A stretch of DNA of 64,000 bases, from the IMG/VR virus record IMGVR_UViG_3300033747_000014, one strand, 5' to 3'. The position numbers and the translations under genes were made by a program. Below the pieces are notes generated by a model. The model saw only the letters and a program-made list of their open reading frames with translations, was not told the origin of the DNA and ran no database searches. Shown piece after piece: positions 46,904 through 56,409 of the stretch. How positions within the stretch are numbered: the stretch's first letter is position 1; the number at the start of each line of letters is the position of its first letter. Origin of the DNA: a virus. Lineage: Duplodnaviria; Heunggongvirae; Uroviricota; Caudoviricetes.

Positions 46904-49207
46904 TTATCCTATGTTTAAATCTTCTATATTAATTAAACCAAATTCTGGATGATAAACTTTATCGAATCGAATATATGGTGTGTTTGATTTTTTTCCATAT
47001 ATTCTTAAATGATCTATTGTTAAATTTTTAAATTTATATTTGTTCTTTGTAAGTTCAGAGTAATCAAAGTTTTTATTTGTTGATAAAAACTCAATTGTTT
47101 TTTTCATCTTTTTTAATGTGTTTGAATCCTCATTAAAATCTTTTACAAATGAATTATATATTGTTGTATTAAAAGGCCCAACAAATTCATTTTTATTATA
47201 ATGTTTAACAATACAAAAAATTTCATTACCGTTACATCTTAGTTTATTACTTCCAGCACTAATAATATTATTGTCTTCATTTTTACTTTTAAACTTAAAA
47301 GGATATATATTTTTCAATCGATCTGAACTTTCAATAAACATTTGATTAAAAAGTATTTTCCTTTTATTTTTATATTTTGTTGTGTGTGAGTTATATATAT
47401 CATATAATTCATTTAAGGTTAATTCTCTGTTATTATATTGCTTCATTTCATCATACCATAAATCTCGTAAATATTCTTTATAAAAAATCCCAACAACAAA
47501 ATCATTGGATTTATTATTTTCTTTAAAGATAGTATAAATACTCTGTTCAGAAAAATTACCAAATCTGTTACATCTTCCAAGTCTTTGCATAGATGCTTCT
47601 GGTGATAATACTGATTCATATAATTTGTTGAATGATACGTCTAAACTAGCTTGCATAATTAAAGAACTAGTAACTGAAACTTTATTTGTATTATTACCAC
47701 TGTATTTGTTAAATTTTGAAAAAATTTCATTATAAATATCATTCTTTCGTTCATCAACAAAACCACTATGATATAAAATTTGTGAGTTTGTATTAGCTTT
47801 GATCCTTTGTGAATTTGAGATAGTATTTGAAATAACAAGGTCTGAACCTTTTAAATCATAATTAAATTCTTTTTGTACCCTAATTAAATATTTATCGTTG
47901 TGTTTTGCTTCATAATGTTCATGTTTATTTGGTAAAATAGATGTTTGATTATTAATTGTGTCCCAAAAATATTCAATATTTATTGGTGTTGCTGATAACA
48001 ATAAGTTATTACTATTAGTGTATCTATGTCTCATTCTCATAATATTAATAAAATTTGAGAATATTGGTAGTGTAGATATAAATTCATGATATTCATCGAA
48101 AACAACATTAGCTGATAATATTGTAAACAATCTTTTACTAATATTATCTTTAAAAGTTGGAGATTCAAAATTATCAATATTTGTAATTATTATATCACTA
48201 TTAAAAACATCATCATTATCATGATTCTTTTCTAAAACAGTATTATTTAAAAACAATTCAATTTTAACATTAGTTTCTTTAAATTCTTTTAATTCGTTTA
48301 GAATTGAATCGTATACACTTTTAGCTACGACATTTCTAGGACAAACCCATATAGTTTTTTTATTTGATTTTGAAGCCCAAAGCATACCCAGCAATGTTTT
48401 ACCGAAACCTGCAGGTGCTTTAATTATTGTCGTTTTTTTACATTGTTTAACTATTTCTTTTTGTTTATTAAATCTATTTATATTTGAGTCACCATATGGA
48501 AAATTATTTAAATTTAAATTTTCCTTCTTATACAATTCTATTTTTACATATTTGATATATAAATTTAAATATTCTTCTTTAGATAGATCCAATTCTAAAT
48601 ATGTTTCTTCTAATTCAGAAATTATTTTATCAGCATTAACAATACAAGTGTGAGTAATTCCAAATATTTCATTATAATCATCGTTAATTATATTCTCATC
48701 ATCATAAATGTAATACGATGGTGATTTTTTCGGATTAAATTCAGGATTTTTTAAATAGGTTTCATCTAATAATTCAGATACAATCTGTCTCATTAAATCA
48801 ATAGAATCTTCTGAAACAAATTCAGATTCTAAAATATCATTTGATGTATATTTTGACATTTTTTTTGAAATCCCATGATGCCAATAAATATTATTAATTA
48901 TATATTTTTTTAAATTTGAATTAATTTTTAAATGTTCATGTAAAAAAGCCCAAGCAATTTCATTATGTGCGAATTTATTATCTTTATATTTCTTGTCTTT
49001 TTTATTTGTTGATAAAATTTCTTGAAACATCTCAGTCATTTTACCAATATCATGTAACAATGAGGATATTTCGATAATTTTTAAAATATTATTATCAATA
49101 TTATTAGTAATATATTTGTAAAGATATCTACTTGCAATAGAAACATTTTTATTATGTTTTAACAATTTAATACCGTTACTTTTTGCCAATGCATCATGAA
49201 TATTCAT
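46904..49207 (-). CDS. cas3: Cas3 HD nuclease / SF2 helicase
   Basis: N-terminal HD motifs LLHDIGK, FAHNEIAW, WHHG. Helicase Walker A APAGFGKT, DExH FDEYHEF, motif III SAT, motif VI QRLGRCNR. Confidence 0.85.
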   Translation of the reverse strand: MNIHDALAKSNGIKLLKHNKNVSIASRYLYKYITNNIDNNILKIIEISSLLHDIGKMTEMFQEILSTNKKDKKYKDNKFAHNEIAWAFLHEHLKINSNLKKYIINNIYWHHGISKKMSKYTSNDILESEFVSEDSIDLMRQIVSELLDETYLKNPEFNPKKSPSYYIYDDENIINDDYNEIFGITHTCIVNADKIISELEETYLELDLSKEEYLNLYIKYVKIELYKKENLNLNNFPYGDSNINRFNKQKEIVKQCKKTTIIKAPAGFGKTLLGMLWASKSNKKTIWVCPRNVVAKSVYDSILNELKEFKETNVKIELFLNNTVLEKNHDNDDVFNSDIIITNIDNFESPTFKDNISKRLFTILSANVVFDEYHEFISTLPIFSNFINIMRMRHRYTNSNNLLLSATPINIEYFWDTINNQTSILPNKHEHYEAKHNDKYLIRVQKEFNYDLKGSDLVISNTISNSQRIKANTNSQILYHSGFVDERKNDIYNEIFSKFNKYSGNNTNKVSVTSSLIMQASLDVSFNKLYESVLSPEASMQRLGRCNRFGNFSEQSIYTIFKENNKSNDFVVGIFYKEYLRDLWYDEMKQYNNRELTLNELYDIYNSHTTKYKNKRKILFNQMFIESSDRLKNIYPFKFKSKNEDNNIISAGSNKLRCNGNEIFCIVKHYNKNEFVGPFNTTIYNSFVKDFNEDSNTLKKMKKTIEFLSTNKNFDYSELTKNKYKFKNLTIDHLRIYGKKSNTPYIRFDKVYHPEFGLINIEDLNIG

Positions 49208-49246
49208 ATATAATAAATTATGCGGTGAATAATGGTTCTAATCTCC

Positions 49247-49933
49247 TTAATAAATGCAACGAATAATAAAATTAAAGATTTTCATAAAAAATAATTTAAA
49301 TCTACTTAGTTTTTCACACTCCAGTTCTAGATTATTAAAATAAACATTTTTAATTGAACCAGTTGTACAACCATATCTTGTTTTGGGAACACTAATTTTT
49401 AAGAGACTATTTTTTTTATCTTGATGTTCTAAGATTAGAATATTATTGGCTGAATATTTTAATTTATCATTTCTAATAGAAGTTAGATCAAGTTTACTAT
49501 CTCTAATTAACTGAGTTGTTAGAATAATTGGTTTGTTTAATAAAGACAATATACCGATTAATTTATCAAATTTATTTTTCTCTAACATAACCGCATCTAG
49601 CAAAATGATATCATATGTAATCTCATTTACCACATCAACAATTTCTTTAACTGTTGGTTCTGGATTGGTAATTTGTTGAACATATAAAGTATTGTTCAAA
49701 TTATATATTAATTTACTTCTATAATATTTATCCACAATAAGATTTGCAGAATCTTCAAAAGCTAAATGAAGAACGTTGTAATTGTTTTCATGTAGCTTTT
49801 TACACAACATCATAGAAAAAGATGTTTTTCCTACTCCAGATTGTGAACCAATAACATTAATACCATTAGATAGACCACCACCTAATTGTTTATCTAAGAA
49901 TTTAAGACCTGTGGGAGTAATTTGATTTTTCAT
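49247..49933 (-). CDS. RecA-superfamily ATPase resembling DnaB helicase C-terminal domain
   Basis: TGLKFLDKQLGGGLSNGINVIGSQSGVGKTSFSMML parallels the DnaB-C Walker A neighbourhood. 228 aa, no N-terminal helicase domain. Confidence 0.45.
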   Translation of the reverse strand: MKNQITPTGLKFLDKQLGGGLSNGINVIGSQSGVGKTSFSMMLCKKLHENNYNVLHLAFEDSANLIVDKYYRSKLIYNLNNTLYVQQITNPEPTVKEIVDVVNEITYDIILLDAVMLEKNKFDKLIGILSLLNKPIILTTQLIRDSKLDLTSIRNDKLKYSANNILILEHQDKKNSLLKISVPKTRYGCTTGSIKNVYFNNLELECEKLSRFKLFFMKIFNFIIRCIY

Positions 49934-49937
49934 AAAT

Positions 49938-50186
49938 TTAAATTATTTTGTTTACATTGTACAGTTTATATGCTCTTTCTATAATATTACTCGCTTTATA
50001 TGGTTCTATTTCTTTGTTAAACAACTTAAACAACCATTTATTTTCCAATTCTGAGTTTTCGAATTTATTACTATTTTCATAAACATTAAAATAAAACTTA
50101 TTCGAAAAGGACTCATAAACTTCTTCATAATATGGAGTGAAGTCGTCAATAGGTATATTAGTTATATATTCATCTAAGTTTTTCAT
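49938..50186 (-). CDS. hypothetical protein
   Basis: 82-aa ORF between the DUF262 and ATPase genes. Confidence 0.3.
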   Translation of the reverse strand: MKNLDEYITNIPIDDFTPYYEEVYESFSNKFYFNVYENSNKFENSELENKWLFKLFNKEIEPYKASNIIERAYKLYNVNKII

Positions 50187-50745
50187 TGTTTAAGTATGTT
50201 TTATATGAGTTTTTTAATGTATTTAAATGATTAATATCTTGTGGTGTATCAAAGAAATTAATTCGTTCAAACCAATCTATTTTTTCTTTATCAGTAAATG
50301 GAGTATTATAATCTTCATATGCTATTTGTGCTTTTATGTGATAATGGTTGAAATATATTTGATATTCTTTTGGTAAATCTTTCAAATAATACAATTCATC
50401 ATCGATGATAATTTCAAATTGGTTATCAAGAAAACCCATCATTGCCGACAATCTTTGTTTACCATCAATAACTTGCAATATATCATCTTTAGTTGATTCA
50501 TCAGTTCTATCAACTAAAGACATAATATGAAGATGTGGAATATACCTATCCATAAAAATAGACATAATCAATTGTCTTTTTTGATGTAAAGACCAAACAT
50601 CACCTCTTTGTAGATTAGCTTCAATAGAAGGTAACCATACATTTAAATCGATTTTCCTATTGGGAAGATCTTTAATTCTTGAAAAGGCTAATTCTGTTGA
50701 TGAAACCTTTAAAGGATTATCTCTTAATTCTTTTAATGTTTTCAT
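50170..50745 (-). CDS. DUF262 / ParB-like nuclease-domain protein (standalone GmrSD N-domain)
   Basis: QRGDVWSLHQKRQLIMSIFMDRYIPHL...VIDGKQRLSAMMGF matches the DUF262 DGQQR core. No DUF1524/HNH half. Confidence 0.6.
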   Translation of the reverse strand: MKTLKELRDNPLKVSSTELAFSRIKDLPNRKIDLNVWLPSIEANLQRGDVWSLHQKRQLIMSIFMDRYIPHLHIMSLVDRTDESTKDDILQVIDGKQRLSAMMGFLDNQFEIIIDDELYYLKDLPKEYQIYFNHYHIKAQIAYEDYNTPFTDKEKIDWFERINFFDTPQDINHLNTLKNSYKTYLNNEKLR

Positions 50746-50770
50746 GTTTTATTTGATTATTAATTTAATA

Positions 50771-50785
50771 TTACAAATATAGGTA
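50771..50785 (-). promoter_or_regulatory. TATATTTG promoter box (minus strand) for the DUF262 gene
   Basis: CAAATATA at 50774-50781, ~30 nt upstream of the start at 50745. Confidence 0.45.
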
Positions 50786-50793
50786 TAAAAAAA

Positions 50794-50846
50794 ACACAAA
50801 CAAAAAAATATCTGTTAAAAGATGTTAACTTGTTTGTGTTTTTTTA
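50794..50846. terminator. long-loop hairpin terminator
   Basis: ACACAAACAA...TTGTTTGTGT with flanking A-run and T-run, so it reads as a terminator on both strands. Confidence 0.45.
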
Positions 50847-50861
50847 TGTATAAAAAAAATA

Positions 50862-51077
50862 TTAATTCACATATTCCAATTCATAATATGTTGCACCACC
50901 AATATCACTTCCTAAATCATTATGATTAAACGTTGCAATATCATCATCAAATTCTAAATTTTGAACACCATTATTAGTTAAATAATTTTGAATAGAATTT
51001 AAATCATCTCCAATAAATGATTGTGGAATATTATCTAATGTTGAATCATTATTAAAAATAAATACGATTTTTTTCAT
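50862..51077 (-). CDS. hypothetical protein
   Basis: 71-aa ORF. Confidence 0.25.
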   Translation of the reverse strand: MKKIVFIFNNDSTLDNIPQSFIGDDLNSIQNYLTNNGVQNLEFDDDIATFNHNDLGSDIGGATYYELEYVN

Positions 51078-51110
51078 AATATGTTTTGATTATAAATAGT
51101 CTTTATCTTA

Positions 51111-51371
51111 TTATTTGTTAAACTTATAATAATTAGTCAGGACTTTTTTTGCAGCTTTTTGAACACCCTCAAATGTCTTGTATTTGTTTTTGGAGAGTTT
51201 TTCAATAAACTCATATGGTTTAATGAGTTTATCTTCAACATTATTTGTTTCTTTAATAATAATATTTCCTTCTTTAACCATCTCATTGAGATCAGCATAC
51301 AATCCATCTCTAAGAGCCTTGATTGTTTCAATAAATACATATTCTTGTGTCATATCTATATTATTTATCAT
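51111..51371 (-). CDS. hypothetical protein
   Basis: 86-aa ORF. Overlapping alternative-frame ORFs judged spurious. Confidence 0.3.
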   Translation of the reverse strand: MINNIDMTQEYVFIETIKALRDGLYADLNEMVKEGNIIIKETNNVEDKLIKPYEFIEKLSKNKYKTFEGVQKAAKKVLTNYYKFNK

Positions 51372-51660
51372 TTATAAATGTTTTTACGTCTTCTATTGGT
51401 ACAATATCCAATTGTTTTACTAATTCATAACCCTCATCGGTGAAATCATACCAATTTTCTTTTTTATTTCTTTCAAGTTCATTAATTTTCATCAAACCTC
51501 TTTCTTTCAAAGGTCTTACATTTGAAGAATATGTTAAAATTACTTTATTAATACTTAACATATTGTTACTTCTAAAATTAATATAACTCTTCAATAAGAA
51601 TAAATATTCTTTTTTTCGAAGTTTGTTCTGTTTGATCCAATTTAATATTTTATCTCTCAT
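51361..51660 (-). CDS. hypothetical protein
   Basis: 99-aa ORF. Confidence 0.3.
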   Translation of the reverse strand: MRDKILNWIKQNKLRKKEYLFLLKSYINFRSNNMLSINKVILTYSSNVRPLKERGLMKINELERNKKENWYDFTDEGYELVKQLDIVPIEDVKTFINDK

Positions 51661-51666
51661 AGTTTA

Positions 51667-52065
51667 TTATTTTTGAAAAGGGTTTTTATCATAATTCCAA
51701 TTAATATCTTCAGAAATATTATCAGTTATTTCTGATATGTTGTTTAGTTTATATATAAGTTCATCTATTTTATTAGATGTTTGTTCCTTAACCATTTTAG
51801 TGGCTTCTTTTTTTACAATTGATGTAAATTGATGCGCTAGTTCATTAAAGAAATTTCTAAGATCAGCCTCTTCACCTTCAATGAAAAGTTTCATATCAAC
51901 AACTCTTTGTTCTTGAATTTCACTATTACTCAATTTGTCCACATCATACATTTTTTTTGTTCCCTCAGCGATTTTTTCACTTATATGCATCGGACAAGAA
52001 TTTAGAAATACATGTGAAAGCATTTCATTCTCTGACAGAAGTTCTTTATATAGTTTAAATTTCAT
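51667..52065 (-). CDS. hypothetical protein
   Basis: 132-aa ORF. Confidence 0.3.
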   Translation of the reverse strand: MKFKLYKELLSENEMLSHVFLNSCPMHISEKIAEGTKKMYDVDKLSNSEIQEQRVVDMKLFIEGEEADLRNFFNELAHQFTSIVKKEATKMVKEQTSNKIDELIYKLNNISEITDNISEDINWNYDKNPFQK

Positions 52066-52082
52066 AATATTAGTTTTTAAGA

Positions 52083-52307
52083 TTATTTAATTTTAAAATT
52101 AACTTTGTATGGTTTCTCAAAATTAGATGGTATCGGATCATTATCTTCTTTCATCCCATCAAGATGAAATTCAATACCTTTAAGTACTTCCATCTTGATG
52201 TTTGCTAAACTATCAGAAGTACAAACAAAACCATCTAAACCTTCAACACCTGCACAATAATTATTTGGTGTTTGTTCTATAATAACATTAACTGTATTTT
52301 CTTTCAT
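52083..52307 (-). CDS. hypothetical protein
   Basis: 74-aa ORF. Confidence 0.25.
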   Translation of the reverse strand: MKENTVNVIIEQTPNNYCAGVEGLDGFVCTSDSLANIKMEVLKGIEFHLDGMKEDNDPIPSNFEKPYKVNFKIK

Positions 52308-52402
52308 AACTAATCGTTTTAATATTACAATACAAAAATAAGAGAAATAACTGGATCAACCAAATTATTTCTCTTAAAAAATGTTAAAAGTTATAAATGA
52401 TT

Positions 52403-52627
52403 CTACAAATTACTTTTTAATTCATTTATTTTTCCTTTTGAATACCAATTAACTATAAATACTTCAACATCAAGATTAATTTCTCCTAATTTTGAATACA
52501 AAGTTTTATGTTTATTTATTGAATCTTTTACTTCTTTAAAAATTATTAATAATTCGTTTCTATCAAAACTAACTTCTCTTCCAATTTTATATATAATTGG
52601 AAATATTATAGTATTTATTTTTTTCAT
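52403..52627 (-). CDS. hypothetical protein
   Basis: 74-aa ORF. Confidence 0.25.
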   Translation of the reverse strand: MKKINTIIFPIIYKIGREVSFDRNELLIIFKEVKDSINKHKTLYSKLGEINLDVEVFIVNWYSKGKINELKSNL

Positions 52628-52874
52628 TAGTATGGATTTCAGAACCCATCATAATATCTTTTGCTTCTTCAAACATGTATGCAATGAATGGTTTTTTATC
52701 ATCAGGTAAATTATCTAATAATCCATAATCTTCCCATAATGTGACAACATTATTAAGATCTTTATTACAATTTTTACATGTACAATTATTAATATCAACA
52801 ACAATATTATCATTTTTTACGTTAACACCACATAACGTTTTATTGAATGTTTTTTGTAAATGGTATTTTCTCAT
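52587..52874 (-). CDS. hypothetical Cys-containing protein
   Basis: 95-aa ORF with CTCKNCNK. Confidence 0.3.
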   Translation of the reverse strand: MRKYHLQKTFNKTLCGVNVKNDNIVVDINNCTCKNCNKDLNNVVTLWEDYGLLDNLPDDKKPFIAYMFEEAKDIMMGSEIHTNEKNKYYNISNYI

Positions 52875-52889
52875 GATTTATTTTTAAAT

Positions 52890-53075
52890 TTAAAAAAGAT
52901 CGATTTGATTGCCACTTCTAGGTTGCACATTGATAATATCTGAATCACCATCAGATATTTTTGTTATTTCTAATCTACCAAAACTTTCTTTACAAGTATA
53001 TCGATCTTCACCAATATAGATAATTACTTGTTTAACTTCTTGAGGTGTTTCATCTCTTTCTACTCTGATTTTCAT
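52890..53075 (-). CDS. hypothetical protein
   Basis: 61-aa ORF. Confidence 0.25.
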   Translation of the reverse strand: MKIRVERDETPQEVKQVIIYIGEDRYTCKESFGRLEITKISDGDSDIINVQPRSGNQIDLF

Positions 53076-53087
53076 AGTTTTTTAAAT

Positions 53088-53339
53088 TTATTTATTAAAC
53101 ATATTGAAATATTTATTATCCTTGGAGTCAACTTCTTTTGATTTGATTAGTTCTGGATACAATTCATCCACAACTTTAATAGAGGGGTCTATTGATGTTT
53201 CAACAAACACATCATGATTTTTAACTGTAATATATCGATCCATCTTATTAAAAAATCTAATAGCATTAGCTTTTCTATAAGATTTTACATATAGTTTCTC
53301 GTTATTGATTATTGTTGAGTATATTCTTTGTCTTGCCAT
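53088..53339 (-). CDS. hypothetical protein
   Basis: 83-aa ORF. Confidence 0.3.
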   Translation of the reverse strand: MARQRIYSTIINNEKLYVKSYRKANAIRFFNKMDRYITVKNHDVFVETSIDPSIKVVDELYPELIKSKEVDSKDNKYFNMFNK

Positions 53340-53345
53340 AATGAT

Positions 53346-53549
53346 TTAATTTTCTTGAATAATTCTTTTCATATATAATTTATATTCGACTCTATTATGG
53401 GGTTCACCATAAGTGTTCCATTGTTCAACAATTCGTTCATTAACTGAAAAGATTTCCCATCTTTCAGCACCAAATTTATCCATTTCCATAGCGATTTCAT
53501 AATCATTTGGATCTTCAAGATATATTATTCTTATTTCATATTCCCACAT
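53346..53549 (-). CDS. hypothetical protein
   Basis: 67-aa ORF. TATGTTTG-type box on minus strand at ~53575-53590. Confidence 0.25.
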   Translation of the reverse strand: MWEYEIRIIYLEDPNDYEIAMEMDKFGAERWEIFSVNERIVEQWNTYGEPHNRVEYKLYMKRIIQEN

Positions 53550-53628
53550 AACTAATTTGTTTTATGATTAATAAGTACAAACATATAATATAAAATTTAC
53601 AACACCAAATAATAATAGTTAAAAGATG

Positions 53629-53669
53629 TAAAAAAAACACCTCATAAAATATAAATTCTATGAGGTGTT
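53629..53669 (-). terminator. intrinsic terminator (minus strand) downstream of the interrupted tRNA
   Basis: AACACCTCATA...TATGAGGTGTT hairpin followed on the minus strand by a T7 run. Confidence 0.6.
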
Positions 53670-53692
53670 TTAAAAAGGAAAAAAACAAGTTG

Positions 53693-53814
53693 TGGAGATG
53701 GTAGGATTCGAACCCACGACCACGTGCTCCCAATGCAAGTTTTTGATATGCTGTTAATAATCTTAAAAACAGATTATATTAAAATACGTGCTCTACCACT
53801 GAGCTACATCTCCA
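53693..53814 (-). tRNA. tRNA gene with ~49-nt internal insertion (putative intron); anticodon unresolved (TAA/TTA/TTT candidates)
   Basis: Minus strand: acceptor GGAGATG ... CATCTCC-A, D-arm GCTC-AGTGGTA-GAGC, T-arm GTGGG-TTCGAAT-CCTAC. A 49-nt AT-rich insert between D-arm and T-arm contains a 7-bp hairpin ATAATCT-GTTTTTA-AGATTAT and is bounded by GAGCACGT direct repeats. Confidence 0.55.
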
Positions 53815-54024
53815 ATTTTAATAAAACAAATATAAGGTATTTTATTTTCTTATGCAAGGAATTTTAAATAAAAAGCATAAGAAAATATAAAAATACAGAT
53901 ATAAATAGTAATACTCATAATAATTTCAGTTTTTTTTAAACACTCATTATTTGAGGATGTTCTAAATAATAATAACTCTTTTAAATATCTCAAGAATAAT
54001 TTAATAATTATCATAACTTTAAAT

Positions 54025-54426
54025 TTAAATTAATTTTTTAATTGCTTTACGTAAACCTTTGTCTAATGCTTCTTCGTAAGTTTTAAATTCTTTAGCACTA
54101 GAATTATCATTAAAATAATCACATCTCGGTGGATTATAAAAAAAATCATAATAATATTTACCACGATCAGTAACACATACTTCAACAATAATATTATATT
54201 TTTCTCTTAATTCTTTTTGAAGTTCATATAAAGTAAATGCATGAATATCATCTTCATAACCATCACCACCATATTGTATTTTCCTCGGTTTGGTTTTATA
54301 ATGAGTTTTGTTATATTTATATTGATTCAATTGATAATATTTATAATCATCAATATCAGTATAATTACCATTAATCCCATGTTCTTTTGCTACTTTAGCA
54401 GTTTTAAAACTTACAAATTCAAACAT
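54025..54426 (-). CDS. hypothetical protein (paralog of 36777..37196)
   Basis: Shared N- and C-terminal motifs with the 36.8-kb gene. Confidence 0.35.
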   Translation of the reverse strand: MFEFVSFKTAKVAKEHGINGNYTDIDDYKYYQLNQYKYNKTHYKTKPRKIQYGGDGYEDDIHAFTLYELQKELREKYNIIVEVCVTDRGKYYYDFFYNPPRCDYFNDNSSAKEFKTYEEALDKGLRKAIKKLI

Positions 54427-54430
54427 AATT

Positions 54431-54787
54431 TTAAATTTTTTCTGTTGTTATATATTTATCGAATTCTAAATAATTTTCATTAAATTCAAATCCATCTAAT
54501 TCTATTAATTTAACTCCAGATGTACCATCCAAAGCAATAAACCCTTCAATTTTTTCAAACTCTTTAATTATACCGTTTATATTTAAATAGTTGTAATAAG
54601 AAGTTAATTTTATAATTTCCAAACTATATTTGATCAATAGTTCATCAATAGGGTTTTCATAATAATCATAATCCCATGAATAAAAATCTAAAAGTGTTTT
54701 TGCTGATTCTTCAGTAAATAGTTTTTCATCTACTAAAAAAACAATCTTAGCTTCATCTGATCCATACTTAAAAACATATTTTTTCAT
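54431..54787 (-). CDS. hypothetical protein
   Basis: 118-aa ORF. Confidence 0.3.
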   Translation of the reverse strand: MKKYVFKYGSDEAKIVFLVDEKLFTEESAKTLLDFYSWDYDYYENPIDELLIKYSLEIIKLTSYYNYLNINGIIKEFEKIEGFIALDGTSGVKLIELDGFEFNENYLEFDKYITTEKI

Positions 54788-54977
54788 CCTATATCAGCTT
54801 CAATAATAATATTATTAATAATTGTTAAATTAACTCTGTTAAAGTTAAAATCGCATGTTATCATATAATCTTTCCCATCTTCATGAACAATTCTATATTC
54901 ATAATCATAGTTTTTACATATTTTAATTGCATCATCTTTTGTTATACCAATCAAATTCATTATATGTTTTCATAATA

Positions 54978-55394
54978 TTAAATATTAATTAAATTTTCTT
55001 TTACTTTTTTGATTGCTTCATTTAAATTTTTAGGGTTGTCGTATACACCAACAAAATTCTTTAAAGCATTTTCTTTTGTAACAGAGATAATAGATTTTGA
55101 GAAATAATTTTCAGTTAGAAATCTACTATTGGCTTCACAAAGATTAATACCGTCTTCTGTTGTTGATAAGGGAATTGCATAAACAATATCTTTATCAACT
55201 TTAATTACAACACATGGCCTGACTTTCCACCCACCCATTGCTTTAATAATATCACCTTTTTTTAAGTATTTAGGTTTTTTTGTTTCAGTTGTTACAGATG
55301 TAACTGAATTAAGATGGTGTAAAACTTGATTTTTAGTGCATTTAGCACTATCTGGTAAACCATTAATGTGTTCTTTAACTTTGTCTAATTCCAT
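54978..55394 (-). CDS. hypothetical protein
   Basis: 138-aa ORF. Confidence 0.3.
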   Translation of the reverse strand: MELDKVKEHINGLPDSAKCTKNQVLHHLNSVTSVTTETKKPKYLKKGDIIKAMGGWKVRPCVVIKVDKDIVYAIPLSTTEDGINLCEANSRFLTENYFSKSIISVTKENALKNFVGVYDNPKNLNEAIKKVKENLINI

Positions 55395-55462
55395 TGTATA
55401 TATGTTTTGATTATTACACTACAAATGTATGAATTTTATTCATTATTACAAAATTAAAAATG

Positions 55463-55858
55463 TTAAATATTATTATATTGAAATAATACACCTTCTATGG
55501 GTAACCAATCTCTTTGAATTACATTATGAGTACCACCAGAATAATCACCTTCAAGTTCAACCTCATTTTTTCGAATACCAACTATTTCCATTAGTTCACG
55601 ACCAGAATAAATTTCTTTATGATAAACTTTCTGTCCTAATGCTAATATTTTTATATTTGGTTTTTGAGTGAGTTGTTCTGAAAATTTTTGATTTAATTCA
55701 AAAATCATTTCACACAAATCTTCTATTATTTTATATAATGAATTACCTTGTAATATTGTGTTAATAATACTATTAAAAAGTGGTGAAGTATTATATAATT
55801 CTTTCCCATTTTTAAATTTATTAATCACGTCCACCAATGATTGACTATTTTGACTCAT
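55463..55858 (-). CDS. hypothetical protein
   Basis: 131-aa ORF. Confidence 0.3.
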   Translation of the reverse strand: MSQNSQSLVDVINKFKNGKELYNTSPLFNSIINTILQGNSLYKIIEDLCEMIFELNQKFSEQLTQKPNIKILALGQKVYHKEIYSGRELMEIVGIRKNEVELEGDYSGGTHNVIQRDWLPIEGVLFQYNNI

Positions 55859-55863
55859 AACAA

Positions 55864-56160
55864 TTATTTTAAGGTTTCTTTAACTAATCTAAAGTTCTTT
55901 TTTTCTTTTCTATACCTTGTTTTTAATGATTTTTTATGAATTTTAGAAATCTCTTCCATACTAAATTTAGCATTAACAGTTCCCTCACATAAATCATTAA
56001 ATTCATCGGTTTCGAAATCATTAATTAATACATTAGGTGTATAAACAGCTTTAAAACCATTTAACATACCCTTGATGGGTTTTAATATTAGTTTTATCTT
56101 CGTTTCTTCTGGATCACCATCAACAGTGAATTTTATAGTATAAGTGCTTTTTAATATCAT
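55864..56160 (-). CDS. hypothetical protein
   Basis: ORF 55864..56295 trimmed to an internal Met so it does not overlap the zinc-ribbon ORF. Confidence 0.3.
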   Translation of the reverse strand: MILKSTYTIKFTVDGDPEETKIKLILKPIKGMLNGFKAVYTPNVLINDFETDEFNDLCEGTVNAKFSMEEISKIHKKSLKTRYRKEKKNFRLVKETLK

Positions 56161-56167
56161 AATATAT

Positions 56168-56398
56168 TTAATACGTGGGATTACATTTTGGACAAGGACA
56201 ACTAATAAAATGAATACATTTTTCACCATTTGCTTTATTTCCGGTACCATTACATTCGGGGCATTGCTCATGTAAACAAGGTACGTTAGATTCATTGTTA
56301 TTATTAAAGTTAAGTATATCTTTAAGCTTATTTATACTTTCTATTTCAGTAGCAGAGTCAATGTATAACTCTTTTAATTTATTGTTAAAATAATTCAT
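56168..56398 (-). CDS. zinc-ribbon protein
   Basis: CPECNGTGN...CPCPKCN. Confidence 0.3.
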   Translation of the reverse strand: MNYFNNKLKELYIDSATEIESINKLKDILNFNNNNESNVPCLHEQCPECNGTGNKANGEKCIHFISCPCPKCNPTY

Positions 56399-56409
56399 AA
56401 TATAATAAA

